In this document: positions 19,977-29,720 of the stretch, in pieces
Numbering within the stretch: the stretch's first letter is position 1
How the letters are laid out: each line of letters opens with the position of its first letter
From: a virus
Direction: 5' to 3' (one strand)
IMG/VR virus record: IMGVR_UViG_3300016476_001599
Location: 32,001 to 96,000 of that record
DNA length: 64,000 nucleotides
Program-made: the position numbers and the translations under genes
The notes under the pieces: model-generated
What the model was told of the DNA's origin: nothing
Databases searched by the model: none
What the model saw: only the letters and a program-made list of their open reading frames with translations

Positions 19977-20714
19977 ATGTTAACGAAAGAAACAGTCGAT
20001 ATAACCCTCGATTTCAAACTGAGCCAGGATTACACCGTGTTCAACGCAGAGAGTTTTAAAGCTTTATGCGAAGAACATCTGCCGTGGACAAAAGACCTGC
20101 CCGAGGGCTCGCCGAACAGGCCACCTGAAAACGCCATTAATCTCGGCGATTTTCGCTTTTTCAATGCTGTTTATCCGTTTGAATCGCCCGTCGGAATCCT
20201 GGCAGAGCGTCCAATGATGCGTCGCAACTGGCTTGAAGTTGAGCCAAAAAGCCGAAAAAGGATAGGGTTTTCCGCGAACGTCTTAATACCGCTTTTACAG
20301 GATTCGCGAGGCATGCCTTGGATGAGTTTTACTCCCATGGAAATACGCACCCAGCGATCGCAAATTGCAAAAACAAAAGGCAAGACTGTAATCGCAGGAA
20401 TAGGTCTAGGTTGGTTTGCGTACCAGGTCTTACGGCGTTCTAAAGTGACCGAAGTAGTTATTATCGACCGGAACCAAGACGTCTTGAACTACTTCGGCGA
20501 AAAGCTGAAAGCCGTTTCCGACAAGCCGATAACCCTGGTGCACGAAAACGCGTACGACTTCGATTGGAAGAACGCCAATCTTGACACTGCGGTTTGGGAC
20601 ATCTGGCCTACGTACACGTGTGCTGGATGTGACAGGAAATACCTTAAAATCCGCTCGGAGCTATTGGCTGCGGGTAAAACCTGTACTCAATGGGGGACAT
20701 TGTCGCGTGAATAA
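19977..20714 (+). CDS. Class I SAM-dependent methyltransferase-like protein (spermidine-synthase-like)
   Basis: WMS.TPME, IAGIGLGW, VVIID, WDIW. Confidence 0.65.
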   Translation: MLTKETVDITLDFKLSQDYTVFNAESFKALCEEHLPWTKDLPEGSPNRPPENAINLGDFRFFNAVYPFESPVGILAERPMMRRNWLEVEPKSRKRIGFSANVLIPLLQDSRGMPWMSFTPMEIRTQRSQIAKTKGKTVIAGIGLGWFAYQVLRRSKVTEVVIIDRNQDVLNYFGEKLKAVSDKPITLVHENAYDFDWKNANLDTAVWDIWPTYTCAGCDRKYLKIRSELLAAGKTCTQWGTLSRE

Positions 20715-20841
20715 AGAATCGGGAGTCATTGTGTTTTTGTTTATTTTTGCCTTCGTGTTAATGCAAGTCGAAGCTTGTAGCGACAAAAATCGAAGAATTG
20801 AACGTGTCAGACAACATCAAAAGGCAAGATAGGGTGATTCA

Positions 20842-21558
20842 ATGGTGCGAAATGTTGTTTTTGTTGAAGACGCTGCGGGATGGGTCGGCGTGTACCTTGA
20901 CGGGATAATCGAGGACGTGGCTTTAGAGTGGGACCCGCAAGGTATTGCCGACCTATTGAACGGTGAACCGTGTACGCTTTCGTTTGACCGAGACGATTCG
21001 GAATACGGAAGTCTCTTGGCAAACTGGCCAAGCCGTCACGCATTCCCGGTGGCGGTCAAAACGTTTGTTGAGCGTTACGCTGACCTTGCCTTTATGCGAC
21101 ATTGGGCGGAAGAAAATTGTACGGAAATGCAAGACGCTTGGGGCAAGCTAAAACCCGAGTGGCTAATCCAGGTTGCCCTTCAACCAGGCGTTTTAAGCGA
21201 CAAAGAACTGCGTCTTTTCGCGGTTCACTGTGCAAGATCGGTTGAGCCTCGTTTTAAGGATGAAAGAACAACAGAAGCTATTAACGTTGCCGAGCGTTTT
21301 GCCAACGATAGCGCCACAGAGAAAGAATTAACCGAAGCCCGGAAGGGTGCTCGGCTTGCGCACGCCGAGACGCGTCGCCCGCCACTTTTTGACGCTGCCT
21401 GGGCTTCGTGCGCGGCGGAGGCTCGTGCCGCGGCAAGAGCAGCCTCGTCCGCAGCTGCGTATAACGCTGAAAGCGGCAGCGACAACATAGCAGCGCAGGC
21501 CAATTGGCTTCGCGAGAACACGCAACCCAACTTTGAAAGGCCGAACAACCACAAATGA
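20842..21558 (+). CDS. Phage SDKEL.LFAV.C family protein, paralog 2, with extra N-terminal domain
   Basis: SDKELRLFAVHCARSV...AINVAERFA; Ala-rich; ends WLRENTQPNFE. Confidence 0.7.
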   Translation: MVRNVVFVEDAAGWVGVYLDGIIEDVALEWDPQGIADLLNGEPCTLSFDRDDSEYGSLLANWPSRHAFPVAVKTFVERYADLAFMRHWAEENCTEMQDAWGKLKPEWLIQVALQPGVLSDKELRLFAVHCARSVEPRFKDERTTEAINVAERFANDSATEKELTEARKGARLAHAETRRPPLFDAAWASCAAEARAAARAASSAAAYNAESGSDNIAAQANWLRENTQPNFERPNNHK

Positions 21559-21905
21559 TATCCAGAGAAGACTATATCGAAGGTAAGGCAACCCACCAAG
21601 CTTATTACGGACAGTTTGTAAACGCTGGGTACAAGTCGCGTGTTTTAAGCCGAATTGGGCTTAGTCAGCTGGTGGCGTCACGCGATCCACACTTCAACGA
21701 CATCCCCCTTGCCGAGTGGGAAAAGATAGCTTCCTGGGGTGGGCTTGCTTCAACAACGTCGAAAATGGAGCAGTGCGGTGATTATTTGACCATTGCTGGC
21801 CACATTTGCATTCTAAAAGAAGCCGCAAGGCAACTTGTCGAAGCGGATACAACCAATCGTCAGACAGCTGAAACGATCGAAACAAGCGACAATTTAGAAG
21901 GGTAA
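21555..21905 (+). CDS. Hypothetical phage protein
   Basis: H.AYYGQFV, DPHFNDIPL.EW, LKEAARQ. Confidence 0.6.
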   Translation: MISREDYIEGKATHQAYYGQFVNAGYKSRVLSRIGLSQLVASRDPHFNDIPLAEWEKIASWGGLASTTSKMEQCGDYLTIAGHICILKEAARQLVEADTTNRQTAETIETSDNLEG

Positions 21906-21909
21906 ACCA

Positions 21910-23379
21910 ATGACTGAATCAAGATTTGTAAAGATTGGTCCGGAGTTTTTTGCGAAAGAACTTCGCGAATACGCGAATTGGCGGTGGGCTTTTGTCCGTG
22001 AGGCGTTGCAAAACTGCATCGACGCACCAAGGTGCAAAAACGCGTGGTTCAATGTCACCGAAGAAGACGGTTACACGACCGTTACCTGGGGTAACGACGG
22101 CAAGCCGATGGACCTTGAAACGATCGAAAACAAGCTTTTTGCCTTGGGAGGTACCGGAAAAGGGTTCGAGGGAACAGTTGGCGGTTTCGGTAAGGCCAAA
22201 ACGCTGCTGTACTTCGCCCAAGAAAGCTACGAGATCGTGACGGGAAACTTGCGTATCAAAGGCAGCGGCGGCGACTACACCGTAACGACAACTTCCGACG
22301 CGGCAGACACTGTTTCAAAAGTTCGAATCAAGGGACTTTTCGCAGATGCCTTGCGGCTTCACGCCGAACGTTTTGTAGCACTAGCGCAGTGGGCAGGTAC
22401 CGTTCGCGTCCAAGGGGTTGCAAGCCAACCGGCTTTGCGCAAAGGAAAACATCGCAGAAGTTTTTCATTCGGCGACGTCTACACGAACAACCAAGAAAGG
22501 AACCTGCTGGTGGTCCGCATAAACGGTATCCCCATGTTCACTCGACAAATTCAACTGGATCGCTGCGTTGTTCTCGAGCTAACCGGATCGAGCGTAGACC
22601 GGCTGACAAGCAACCGCGACAGCTTGCTTGGCAAGTTCTCGGCGGAGCTCGATTCTTTCCTGACGGAGCTTGCCGTAGACAGAAGAAGTGCGCTGTCGCC
22701 TAACAGCGAAACGCGAGAGTTTTTCGGTGACACGCGAATCGCTTGCCTGTTTGAACCGCAGCCTGCGAAAGAGGAAAGTGTTACCGACGCAAGCGGCAGC
22801 GACGAGACGCTGCAGGCGGCTGCAACGCCTTTACGGCACGTCTTGTCTGGTAGTCCTGAGAACTTGGGTGCGTTGTCAACCTTCGCCAATTCGGGGCGAG
22901 GCGTCGGAGAAATGCGGTTTGTTATTTATAACAAAATGAACCGCAAAATTCCGAAACGTTTTCTCCCAGGAAGAAACATGCAGCCGCACGCCAGGAAACT
23001 TGCAGACACTTGGCGTAAAATCATGATCGAGCTACATCGTATCGCGAAAGTATCGGCAAGTTTTTCGATCGGTTTTGTTTTCGACGACGCGACTGACGAC
23101 GCGACCTTGGCGCAGCACGAGCGACACGAAAACGAAAGCATCTACTATATCAATCCAGTGTTGCCGAATTTTAAGAAACGTTTTTCGGCAAAAGACAAGG
23201 ATTTACTGATTCTAGTGGCCGCGCACGAATTTGTGCACGGGCAATACGGGCTTCGTTTTCACGATGAAGACTTTGCTTCACGTTTAACTTTTTTTGCGGC
23301 GGAAGTGATGCGCAACCGAAAGTGTTTTAACCACTGCTTCCGGGACTCAACTAATAACCAAGAAAGAGCATTGGCGTAA
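21910..23379 (+). CDS. GHKL (Hsp90-like) ATPase with C-terminal HExxH metallopeptidase-like motif
   Basis: REALQNCIDA, NDGKPMD, GGTGK, GGFGKAK; HEFVH...HDEDF. Confidence 0.75.
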   Translation: MTESRFVKIGPEFFAKELREYANWRWAFVREALQNCIDAPRCKNAWFNVTEEDGYTTVTWGNDGKPMDLETIENKLFALGGTGKGFEGTVGGFGKAKTLLYFAQESYEIVTGNLRIKGSGGDYTVTTTSDAADTVSKVRIKGLFADALRLHAERFVALAQWAGTVRVQGVASQPALRKGKHRRSFSFGDVYTNNQERNLLVVRINGIPMFTRQIQLDRCVVLELTGSSVDRLTSNRDSLLGKFSAELDSFLTELAVDRRSALSPNSETREFFGDTRIACLFEPQPAKEESVTDASGSDETLQAAATPLRHVLSGSPENLGALSTFANSGRGVGEMRFVIYNKMNRKIPKRFLPGRNMQPHARKLADTWRKIMIELHRIAKVSASFSIGFVFDDATDDATLAQHERHENESIYYINPVLPNFKKRFSAKDKDLLILVAAHEFVHGQYGLRFHDEDFASRLTFFAAEVMRNRKCFNHCFRDSTNNQERALA

Positions 23380-23818
23380 TGAGTAAACCGAAACCCGAGG
23401 AAATGTTGAAGCTGCTGCTACGGCAGCAGCTTTCGGCAACCGAAGAGCAGGCCGAAACAATCTGGTCTTCTTTTGAAAGTTTTTGCCAACGTCGGCTTCG
23501 CGAGGACTACCCAGACAGCGGCTATGCCGCAATCGTTCTAGATGGCGAAGGCGGCGAGATCATTGGTGTAGACCTATATGACGACAGGGACGGTTCCGAT
23601 TGAAAAAAATAAAACAAGGCGACGAATTTATTTTAAAACAGTCCGACGGATCCAAGCTTAAATTTCGGCGCGAAAATAATGATCCTCAACCTGTATGGCC
23701 ATCCGAAATGCTGCGTGTCACTCACTTAAGTCACAGCATGGTCCCTAATTTTAAGCCGTACACTTTTAACACTTGCCAAGAGTGGTTTAGACAAAGAGAT
23801 CTATTTGCCGAAGAGTAA
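23379..23818 (+). other. Two small hypothetical ORFs (23379-23603, 23600-23818)
   Basis: Coupled starts and stops. Confidence 0.5.
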
Positions 23819-23881
23819 GCCAGTTTTGGTGGCATACTTTGCAGGGCAAAATCCCGCGTTCCAATAAGAAAATGGTGAAGC

Positions 23882-24916
23882 ATGAAACCTGAAGAACTAA
23901 AGACAATTTTGGACGATCACGATAAGTGGTTGCGTGGCGAAGGCGGAAAACAGGCCAACCTTCGCGCGGCCAACCTTCGCGGGGCCGACCTTTACTTGGC
24001 CAACCTAAACGAGGCCAACCTTTGCAGGGCCAACCTTGCCGGGGCCAGCCTAAGCAAGGCCAACCTAAGCGGGGCCAATCTTCAAAGGGCCAACCTAAGC
24101 AGGGCCAACCTAAGCGGGGCCAACCTAAGCGAGGCCGACCTAAGCGAGGCCGACCTTCGCGAGGCCAACCTTCGCGGGGCCAACCTAAGCTGGGCCGACC
24201 TAAGCGGGGCCAACCTTGCCGGGGCTGACCTAAGCGGGGCCAACCTTGCCTGGGCCAGCCTAAGCAAGGCCAACCTAAGCGGGGCCAATCTTCAAAGGTC
24301 CGACCTAAGCGGGGACGACCTTCGCGAGGCCAACCTAAGCGAGGCCGACCTTCGCGAGGCCAACCTGAGCGGGGTCAACCTTCGCGGGGCCAACCTTGGC
24401 GAGGTCAGCCTAAGCGAGGCCATCCTAAACGGGGCCGACCTTAGCGAGGCCAACCTTTGCTGGGCCAACCTTCGCGCGGCCAACCTAAGCGGGGCCAGCC
24501 TACGCGAGGCCAACCTAAGCAAGGCCAACCTAAGCATGGCCAACCTAAGTGAGGCCAACCTAAGCATGGCCAACCTAAGCATGGCCAACCTAAGCGGGGC
24601 CGACCTAAGCATGGCCAACCTACGCAGGGCCGACCTAAGCGGGGCCAACCTAAGCGAGGCCAACCTAAGCGGGGCCAGAGTTGACGCCGCAGTGTGCAGG
24701 ATGGACTTCGGCGGTTGGTCGATCTGCGTTTACGCTGACAAAACCTCTATCGGGTGCAAAACGCACGCGAACGAGAACTGGTTATCGTGGACCCCGGAAA
24801 GCGAAGAAATCAAGACGATGCACTCCGATGCGGCTTCTTGGTGGGCGACGCACGGAGGAATGGTTAAGGCGGTGATACGGGGTGTGATGGCTAAAGCGAA
24901 AGGCGGTGAAGCGTGA
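23882..24916 (+). CDS. Pentapeptide-repeat protein
   Basis: Long run of A(N/D)Lxx units between the typical phage N-terminus ILDDHDKWL and C-terminal IGC..H..W domain. Confidence 0.92.
   Translation: MKPEELKTILDDHDKWLRGEGGKQANLRAANLRGADLYLANLNEANLCRANLAGASLSKANLSGANLQRANLSRANLSGANLSEADLSEADLREANLRGANLSWADLSGANLAGADLSGANLAWASLSKANLSGANLQRSDLSGDDLREANLSEADLREANLSGVNLRGANLGEVSLSEAILNGADLSEANLCWANLRAANLSGASLREANLSKANLSMANLSEANLSMANLSMANLSGADLSMANLRRADLSGANLSEANLSGARVDAAVCRMDFGGWSICVYADKTSIGCKTHANENWLSWTPESEEIKTMHSDAASWWATHGGMVKAVIRGVMAKAKGGEA
23953..24677 (+). repeat. 15-bp coding tandem repeat (GGCCAACCTAAGCGG-like)
   Basis: Periodicity visible in the DNA; encodes the pentapeptides. Confidence 0.9.
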
Positions 24917-26495
24917 GCGATTTAATAAGCTGCTTCGGTACCTTGGATTCAATGTCGATCGCGGCGTGTACCGCAACGATAAGAGGAAACACTAGGAAAT
25001 GAGCGAAAAACGAAAACCTGAATTGTCTTTCGATGCCTGGTTTTGGGGCAAGAGCGGAAAGAAGAAGGTCGTTAGGATCGAGCTGTACCCTGCGAATCTA
25101 TGGCCGATGGGCGAGTCCAAAGTAAGGCTTGGATTGCGAGAAACTAAATCGGACGTGTACAGGCTCAGAGTCAATGGTAAATGGTGGCAATCGCAAAAGA
25201 CGTTTACGCTGTCTCAGTTTTTCGCGATCTTTCGCCGAACCTCGATCTCAATTCGCAAAAATATGCGAAGAAAACAAAACTTGAAACAGGAAGGCGGTGA
25301 CGCGTGAGCACAAAAGCAAAGTTCGGGCCAGGAAGTTACAAGACTAGATGCGGTGAAGACGTTGAGATTGTCGCAGTAGTTGGCAAAGTTGCGATTGGGT
25401 ATTCTAACAACAACCCGAAGGCCGCCAACACATGGAGCGCCCATACGGGGCGATTCCACTTTGGATTGAGCTACGAGAGCAAGTACGACCTCATCGACGC
25501 GAACGCGAATCAGCCGGAGAGCGAAGGTTTAAAGATTGGCCTTCGCGACTGGTTCGCGGGGCAAGCAAGCGATAGCGACGTTAAGCGATGGAAGGAGATT
25601 TATTCGCACAACGGCACTTCAATCACTGAAGAAGAGGCTAAGTACGTATACGCTGATGCCATGATTGCAGCGAGGGGAAAGCAGGAAGGCGGTGAAGCGT
25701 GAGCGAGCAGAAACAAGTCTGGATCGATGTACACTGCCCAATTCAACCAAGCGATCCACTACCGCCAGAGCGAAAGGTGGTGTTGATTTGGCTCGCAGGG
25801 TTCGCTCTTCCGTTTTGCGGATATGTTCGATATGCGGCAGGTGATGAAAAGCGCCCTTATTTTGTTGCCTATCACGGAAACTTGAATAAGGGGGCGGAGG
25901 TGATTGCTTGGTGCGATTGCCTGCCGGATCAGGGGCCGAATCGAAACGAAGCCAGCATGTACAACGCCGAGCAAAAAAAACGGAAGAGGCTATCCTGCAA
26001 GGCGAGCAGCGAAAGGCGGTGAAGCGTGAGTGAAGCAACTTGTCCGTACTGCAAGGAAGAATTCGAGCCTGACGATCACTACAAATCAGGTCCATACGAG
26101 TGCCCGGAGTGTTCGGAGGTGCTTTGGCTGGAGGTGGAGTATGATATTTCGTTCGATGCAAGCTGCATGAAAGGCGCGCACCTTTTCGTAAAAAACGAAG
26201 CCGCGAGCTTTAAGCACAACCAAACTGTGCTTATCTGCGAACGTTGTGGCGCTTGTGACTTGCCGGACACGCGAAAAGGAGGCGAGGCGTGAGCGTACCC
26301 AAACTGGAAGAGTTATTTGAGAAGTTTCGAAAGCTAAATTCTTTAGCGCAACGCGACGCGTTTGAGCAACACTTTCGTTCAATTGCGAGCGGGCAAGCGG
26401 AACCCGAACTTCGTAAAGAAAGCGCGGTATTCGCCGCTCAGTGCGTGGTCATTCTATTTGAACACACCAAGGTGATGGAAGCCGGTGAAACCTAA
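24900..26495 (+). repeat. Dispersed gene-junction repeat AAGGCGGTGAAGCGTGAG linking small ORFs (24999-25307, 25304-25702, 25699-26022, 26026-26292, 26289-26495)
   Basis: Copies near 24900, 25291, 25686, 26013, 26276, degenerate copy near 26478. Confidence 0.85.
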
Positions 26496-26542
26496 CCGCC
26501 ACACTGCTGACTAAATTTTCAAAATCGAAAGGAAATAAAACG

Positions 26543-28518
26543 ATGCTTACAGTAGGGAATTACAAGATGAGAGACGGACGCGACGTGAAGATCGTTGCGG
26601 TGGTTGACGGATTCGCTGTTGGTTATCGCGCAGATGACGGGCCGATAGGCTCAACTACATGGGATGCCAGCAATGGACGGTATTTTAATGATGGAAGCGA
26701 AGATAGCTGGGACATCATTGACGACAAACCGCGAATCAAGCGAGAGGCTTGGTTGACAATTTACGACGAGAGAGATGACGGCATTGTTGCAGGAGGAGGC
26801 TACGCAACGAAAGAACAGGCGATGGCGAACAGGTCGGAAGCTTGCATCGCCATCGCTCGTGTGCCTATCGATTTCGTAAGAGGAGAGAACCTTACGTAAC
26901 TCGGCGACGAAGAGTTTAATGTAACGCTAAAGTGTGTGAAATGACATTTTTTGAAATTTATGTTACCAGGAGAAGATTATGCGATTCAAGAAAGCGTTGA
27001 TTGAGATCACTCACGATGAGGGATATGCGGATGATTTGATAATGCACATCAACCACGCCCTCAGCGGTAAAGACATGCGAGCTGAAAGAGTTGTGAAGCA
27101 AGTCGAAACAAACAGCAAGGCTGAAGGAATCCCAGATGGCTGGGAATTTGTGAGAGTTGGCAAGTGCTATCCTGGAGATGTGAGGGTTAACACCGGCGGC
27201 AAGCCTGCCGAGTGGGACTGGACTGCAAGCACAAGTGTCAACCACGTCGTCATTCGCAAGATCGAGAAGCCCAAGCAGTATCGACCGTTTTCGAATGCGG
27301 CGGAAGCTGGAGAACTCTGGAATGCGGTGCTGAAGCTTAAATATCCAACAGAAGGAGAAGAGGCTTCGAGGTTTAGAGTGGTTCGGATTACGGAAAAATC
27401 GGTTACCGTCGGTGCCAACAGTTACACTTACCCAAAGGCTTTCGAGCTTTTTGAGTGCGTCGACGGCATCCCGTTCGGCGTTGAAATAACAAAGATTCAG
27501 GCATAAGTCGTGCTGCATCCGCAATTTATTTGAACTTAACTGAAAGAGCAAAACATGGGAATGGGATACGCCGCCTGCCAGGCCGAAGCTTTTGAATACG
27601 CAACCGTTAAAACGCTTTGCCCGCAAGAAATAGCTGCGATTGAAAGTCACGCTGAATTTGAAAGCTGGGGCAAACTCGCTGAAAGCCTGTTTGACGAAAC
27701 CGCGGAAAAGCAAATAAGCCTTCTTGTCGGAAACCTGCTTGCAGCCTTTAACAAAGCTACCGAAGTCGACGGTAAAGGGCTTACGTTGTCTTTCACCCAC
27801 TACAGCAAAGATAACGGCGACCGTTACGATACGACTTGCTCACACGAAGGCTGCATTTTTGAAGTTCACGGCACAATGCAGCTAACACCTGCCGGAGAAA
27901 AATTCAAAGACAAAACACAAAACGTTTCGTACGTTGTGTTTATGTAATTTCTATCCTAGGGACAAAGATGAAACACGAAAAAATTATACGACGCGACGAC
28001 GGAAGTCACGTCAAAATAGAAGTGCACTTGAATCTCGCTTTTTATTCCGACAACGTGGAATGGCGTTTTGCAACTTACAAGCGTGAAAAAGGCAAAAGAA
28101 CTTGGCAAACAGCTGCCGATCCGTTTGCGTACGATCTACGCGGTCTCGCAGCTAAAGACAAAAAGGCTCGCGAGCTTCACTTGAAATTACAGCTGGCAAC
28201 CAAAGAAGAAGTTGAGGCTGTGATGCTCGAGCTGTTGGCTAAAATCAAACCAGTAGTATCCTAGGAGCAAAAATGAATAGCTTTTTCAAAGATCTTGGAG
28301 TGCAGATTATCCTCACGGGCTGTTTTCTTGCGGTAATGGCGTTCGGCTTCGGCTTTTGGGTCAGTTTTAAAAACAACGAAAGGTGGACGGTCTATGCTGA
28401 CGGCCAAACCTTTGAATCGCTCAAGCAAGTCACATTAACCTCCAACTACGTCGAATACGTTACACCTGATAACAAACGCATTATTTTTCACGGATCATTC
28501 ACTGCGGTAAGCGAGTGA
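26543..28518 (+). other. Cluster of small hypothetical ORFs (26543-26899, 26979-27506, 27555-27947, 27968-28264, 28273-28518)
   Basis: Tandem ORFs with SD motifs; 26543 shares G.YK.R.G.DV.IVAVV with 25304. Confidence 0.6.
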
Positions 28519-28548
28519 TCGAGTTCAAAAAGACAGCAAGGGACACAC

Positions 28549-28896
28549 ATGAAAGTAAAAGGCGGGCCTGCTTCCCGTAAAAAGCAATCGCAACAGGTCC
28601 AGGTTCCGGATGTGCTCGATAGCTCTTTGGCTAACACGCAGCTGACATTGCGAACACAGAACACGCTAGAGAAACACGGTATATGCACTATTCGCGATCT
28701 GACCGCAAAAACGGTCGCGGACCTGATGAGCATTCCCAACTTGGGGCAAATCACGATTCAGACCTTGCGAGTGTTTTTAGACAGCCTACGCGTTGCGCAC
28801 CGGTTGAACGAAAGCGACGAGGTTCAAATACAGACCGCTAAAAAGCGATTAGACGCACAGAAGCGGAAAACCGCCCCGGTGCAGACCAAGCAGTAA
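28549..28896 (+). CDS. Stand-alone RNA polymerase alpha-subunit C-terminal-domain-like protein
   Basis: LTLRTQNTLEKHGICTIRDL...DLMSIPNLGQITI matches the alpha-CTD pattern LSVRS.NCL...I..I.DL...LL..PNLG. Confidence 0.8.
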   Translation: MKVKGGPASRKKQSQQVQVPDVLDSSLANTQLTLRTQNTLEKHGICTIRDLTAKTVADLMSIPNLGQITIQTLRVFLDSLRVAHRLNESDEVQIQTAKKRLDAQKRKTAPVQTKQ

Positions 28897-28938
28897 AAAC
28901 GCTTCCAGCGGGCTCTCAGGGGCCCGGAAAGGTACGTC

Positions 28939-29238
28939 ATGAGGGTCAATGACGAGGTAAAGCAGATGGTAATTCAATCCCGTAAAAAGGGACATCTGCC
29001 ATCGATGTTCAGGCCGGACTACTACGTCAACGATTTAGAGTTCAAGTTTGAGCGGTGGCTATACAGCCAAGGGTTCCGCCCTGGCGACGAGCACATGCTA
29101 GGAAGAACCGTAAAGGTGCCTTTGTTATCGCCGCAGTTGGTAAATCAATACGTAAGCCATGTCAGCAACGAGGACTGGCCGCAGATCTGCGTGTTCGCCA
29201 GCCGATTAGTGAATCTTCAAAGGCTAGAGCAGAATTAA
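28939..29238 (+). CDS. Hypothetical protein
   Basis: 99-aa ORF. Confidence 0.5.
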   Translation: MRVNDEVKQMVIQSRKKGHLPSMFRPDYYVNDLEFKFERWLYSQGFRPGDEHMLGRTVKVPLLSPQLVNQYVSHVSNEDWPQICVFASRLVNLQRLEQN

Positions 29239-29251
29239 CGCAGCTTTTTCG

Positions 29252-29547
29252 GCAATGTGCGCTTATCCATATTTTCATTATCCTAACGGATAAATGAAAA
29301 CCGCGATTGCATTCATATAGGCGTTCTGCTGTGTCGTGCTGTCGTTTAAGCAACAGCCGCAGCTTCTACCATGGTCAATAAAGAACGCTACCGCCTGTAA
29401 AGCCTATTTGGGCTAAAGGCAGCTACTTAAAGATGTGTTTCTTATGCCACAAGAAAGGATATAAATAATAATAATAATCGGAACTACTCGGTTTTTTGGT
29501 TTCTATTATCCGTTAGGATAATGGAAATATGGATAAAAGTACATTGC
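29252..29547. repeat. ~50-bp imperfect inverted repeat around an AT-rich core; candidate replication origin or structured RNA
   Basis: Arms 29252-29302 and 29498-29547; TTATCCATA in each arm; (AAT)n at 29461-29478; largest non-coding gap in the window. Confidence 0.8.
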
Positions 29548-29720
29548 AGGATTCGTCCTGCTAATTCCGGAGGGAGGTCAGCATTAAAGCTACTGGAAAG
29601 TTGCCCGGTTATTGCAAAACAATCAAATACCAACCGTCTAGGTCTTGTTTACCCTACCGGTTGCTTTCTTCTTGTGTGCTGCACTTGAATCGAAATCGAA
29701 AAGCTTTTCACCGCGTTCTA

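Noticed and set aside
23926-24663. Alternative-frame repetitive ORFs (RGQPK, LRLA repeats)
   Set aside because: Shadows of the pentapeptide repeat
23953-24677. Tandem repeat as a CRISPR, TIGR or guide-RNA array
   Set aside because: The 15-bp period has no unique spacers and is fully explained by an in-frame pentapeptide protein with normal N- and C-terminal domains
24900-26495. Integron attC cassette array
   Set aside because: The junction motif is short, non-palindromic and coding; no integrase in the window
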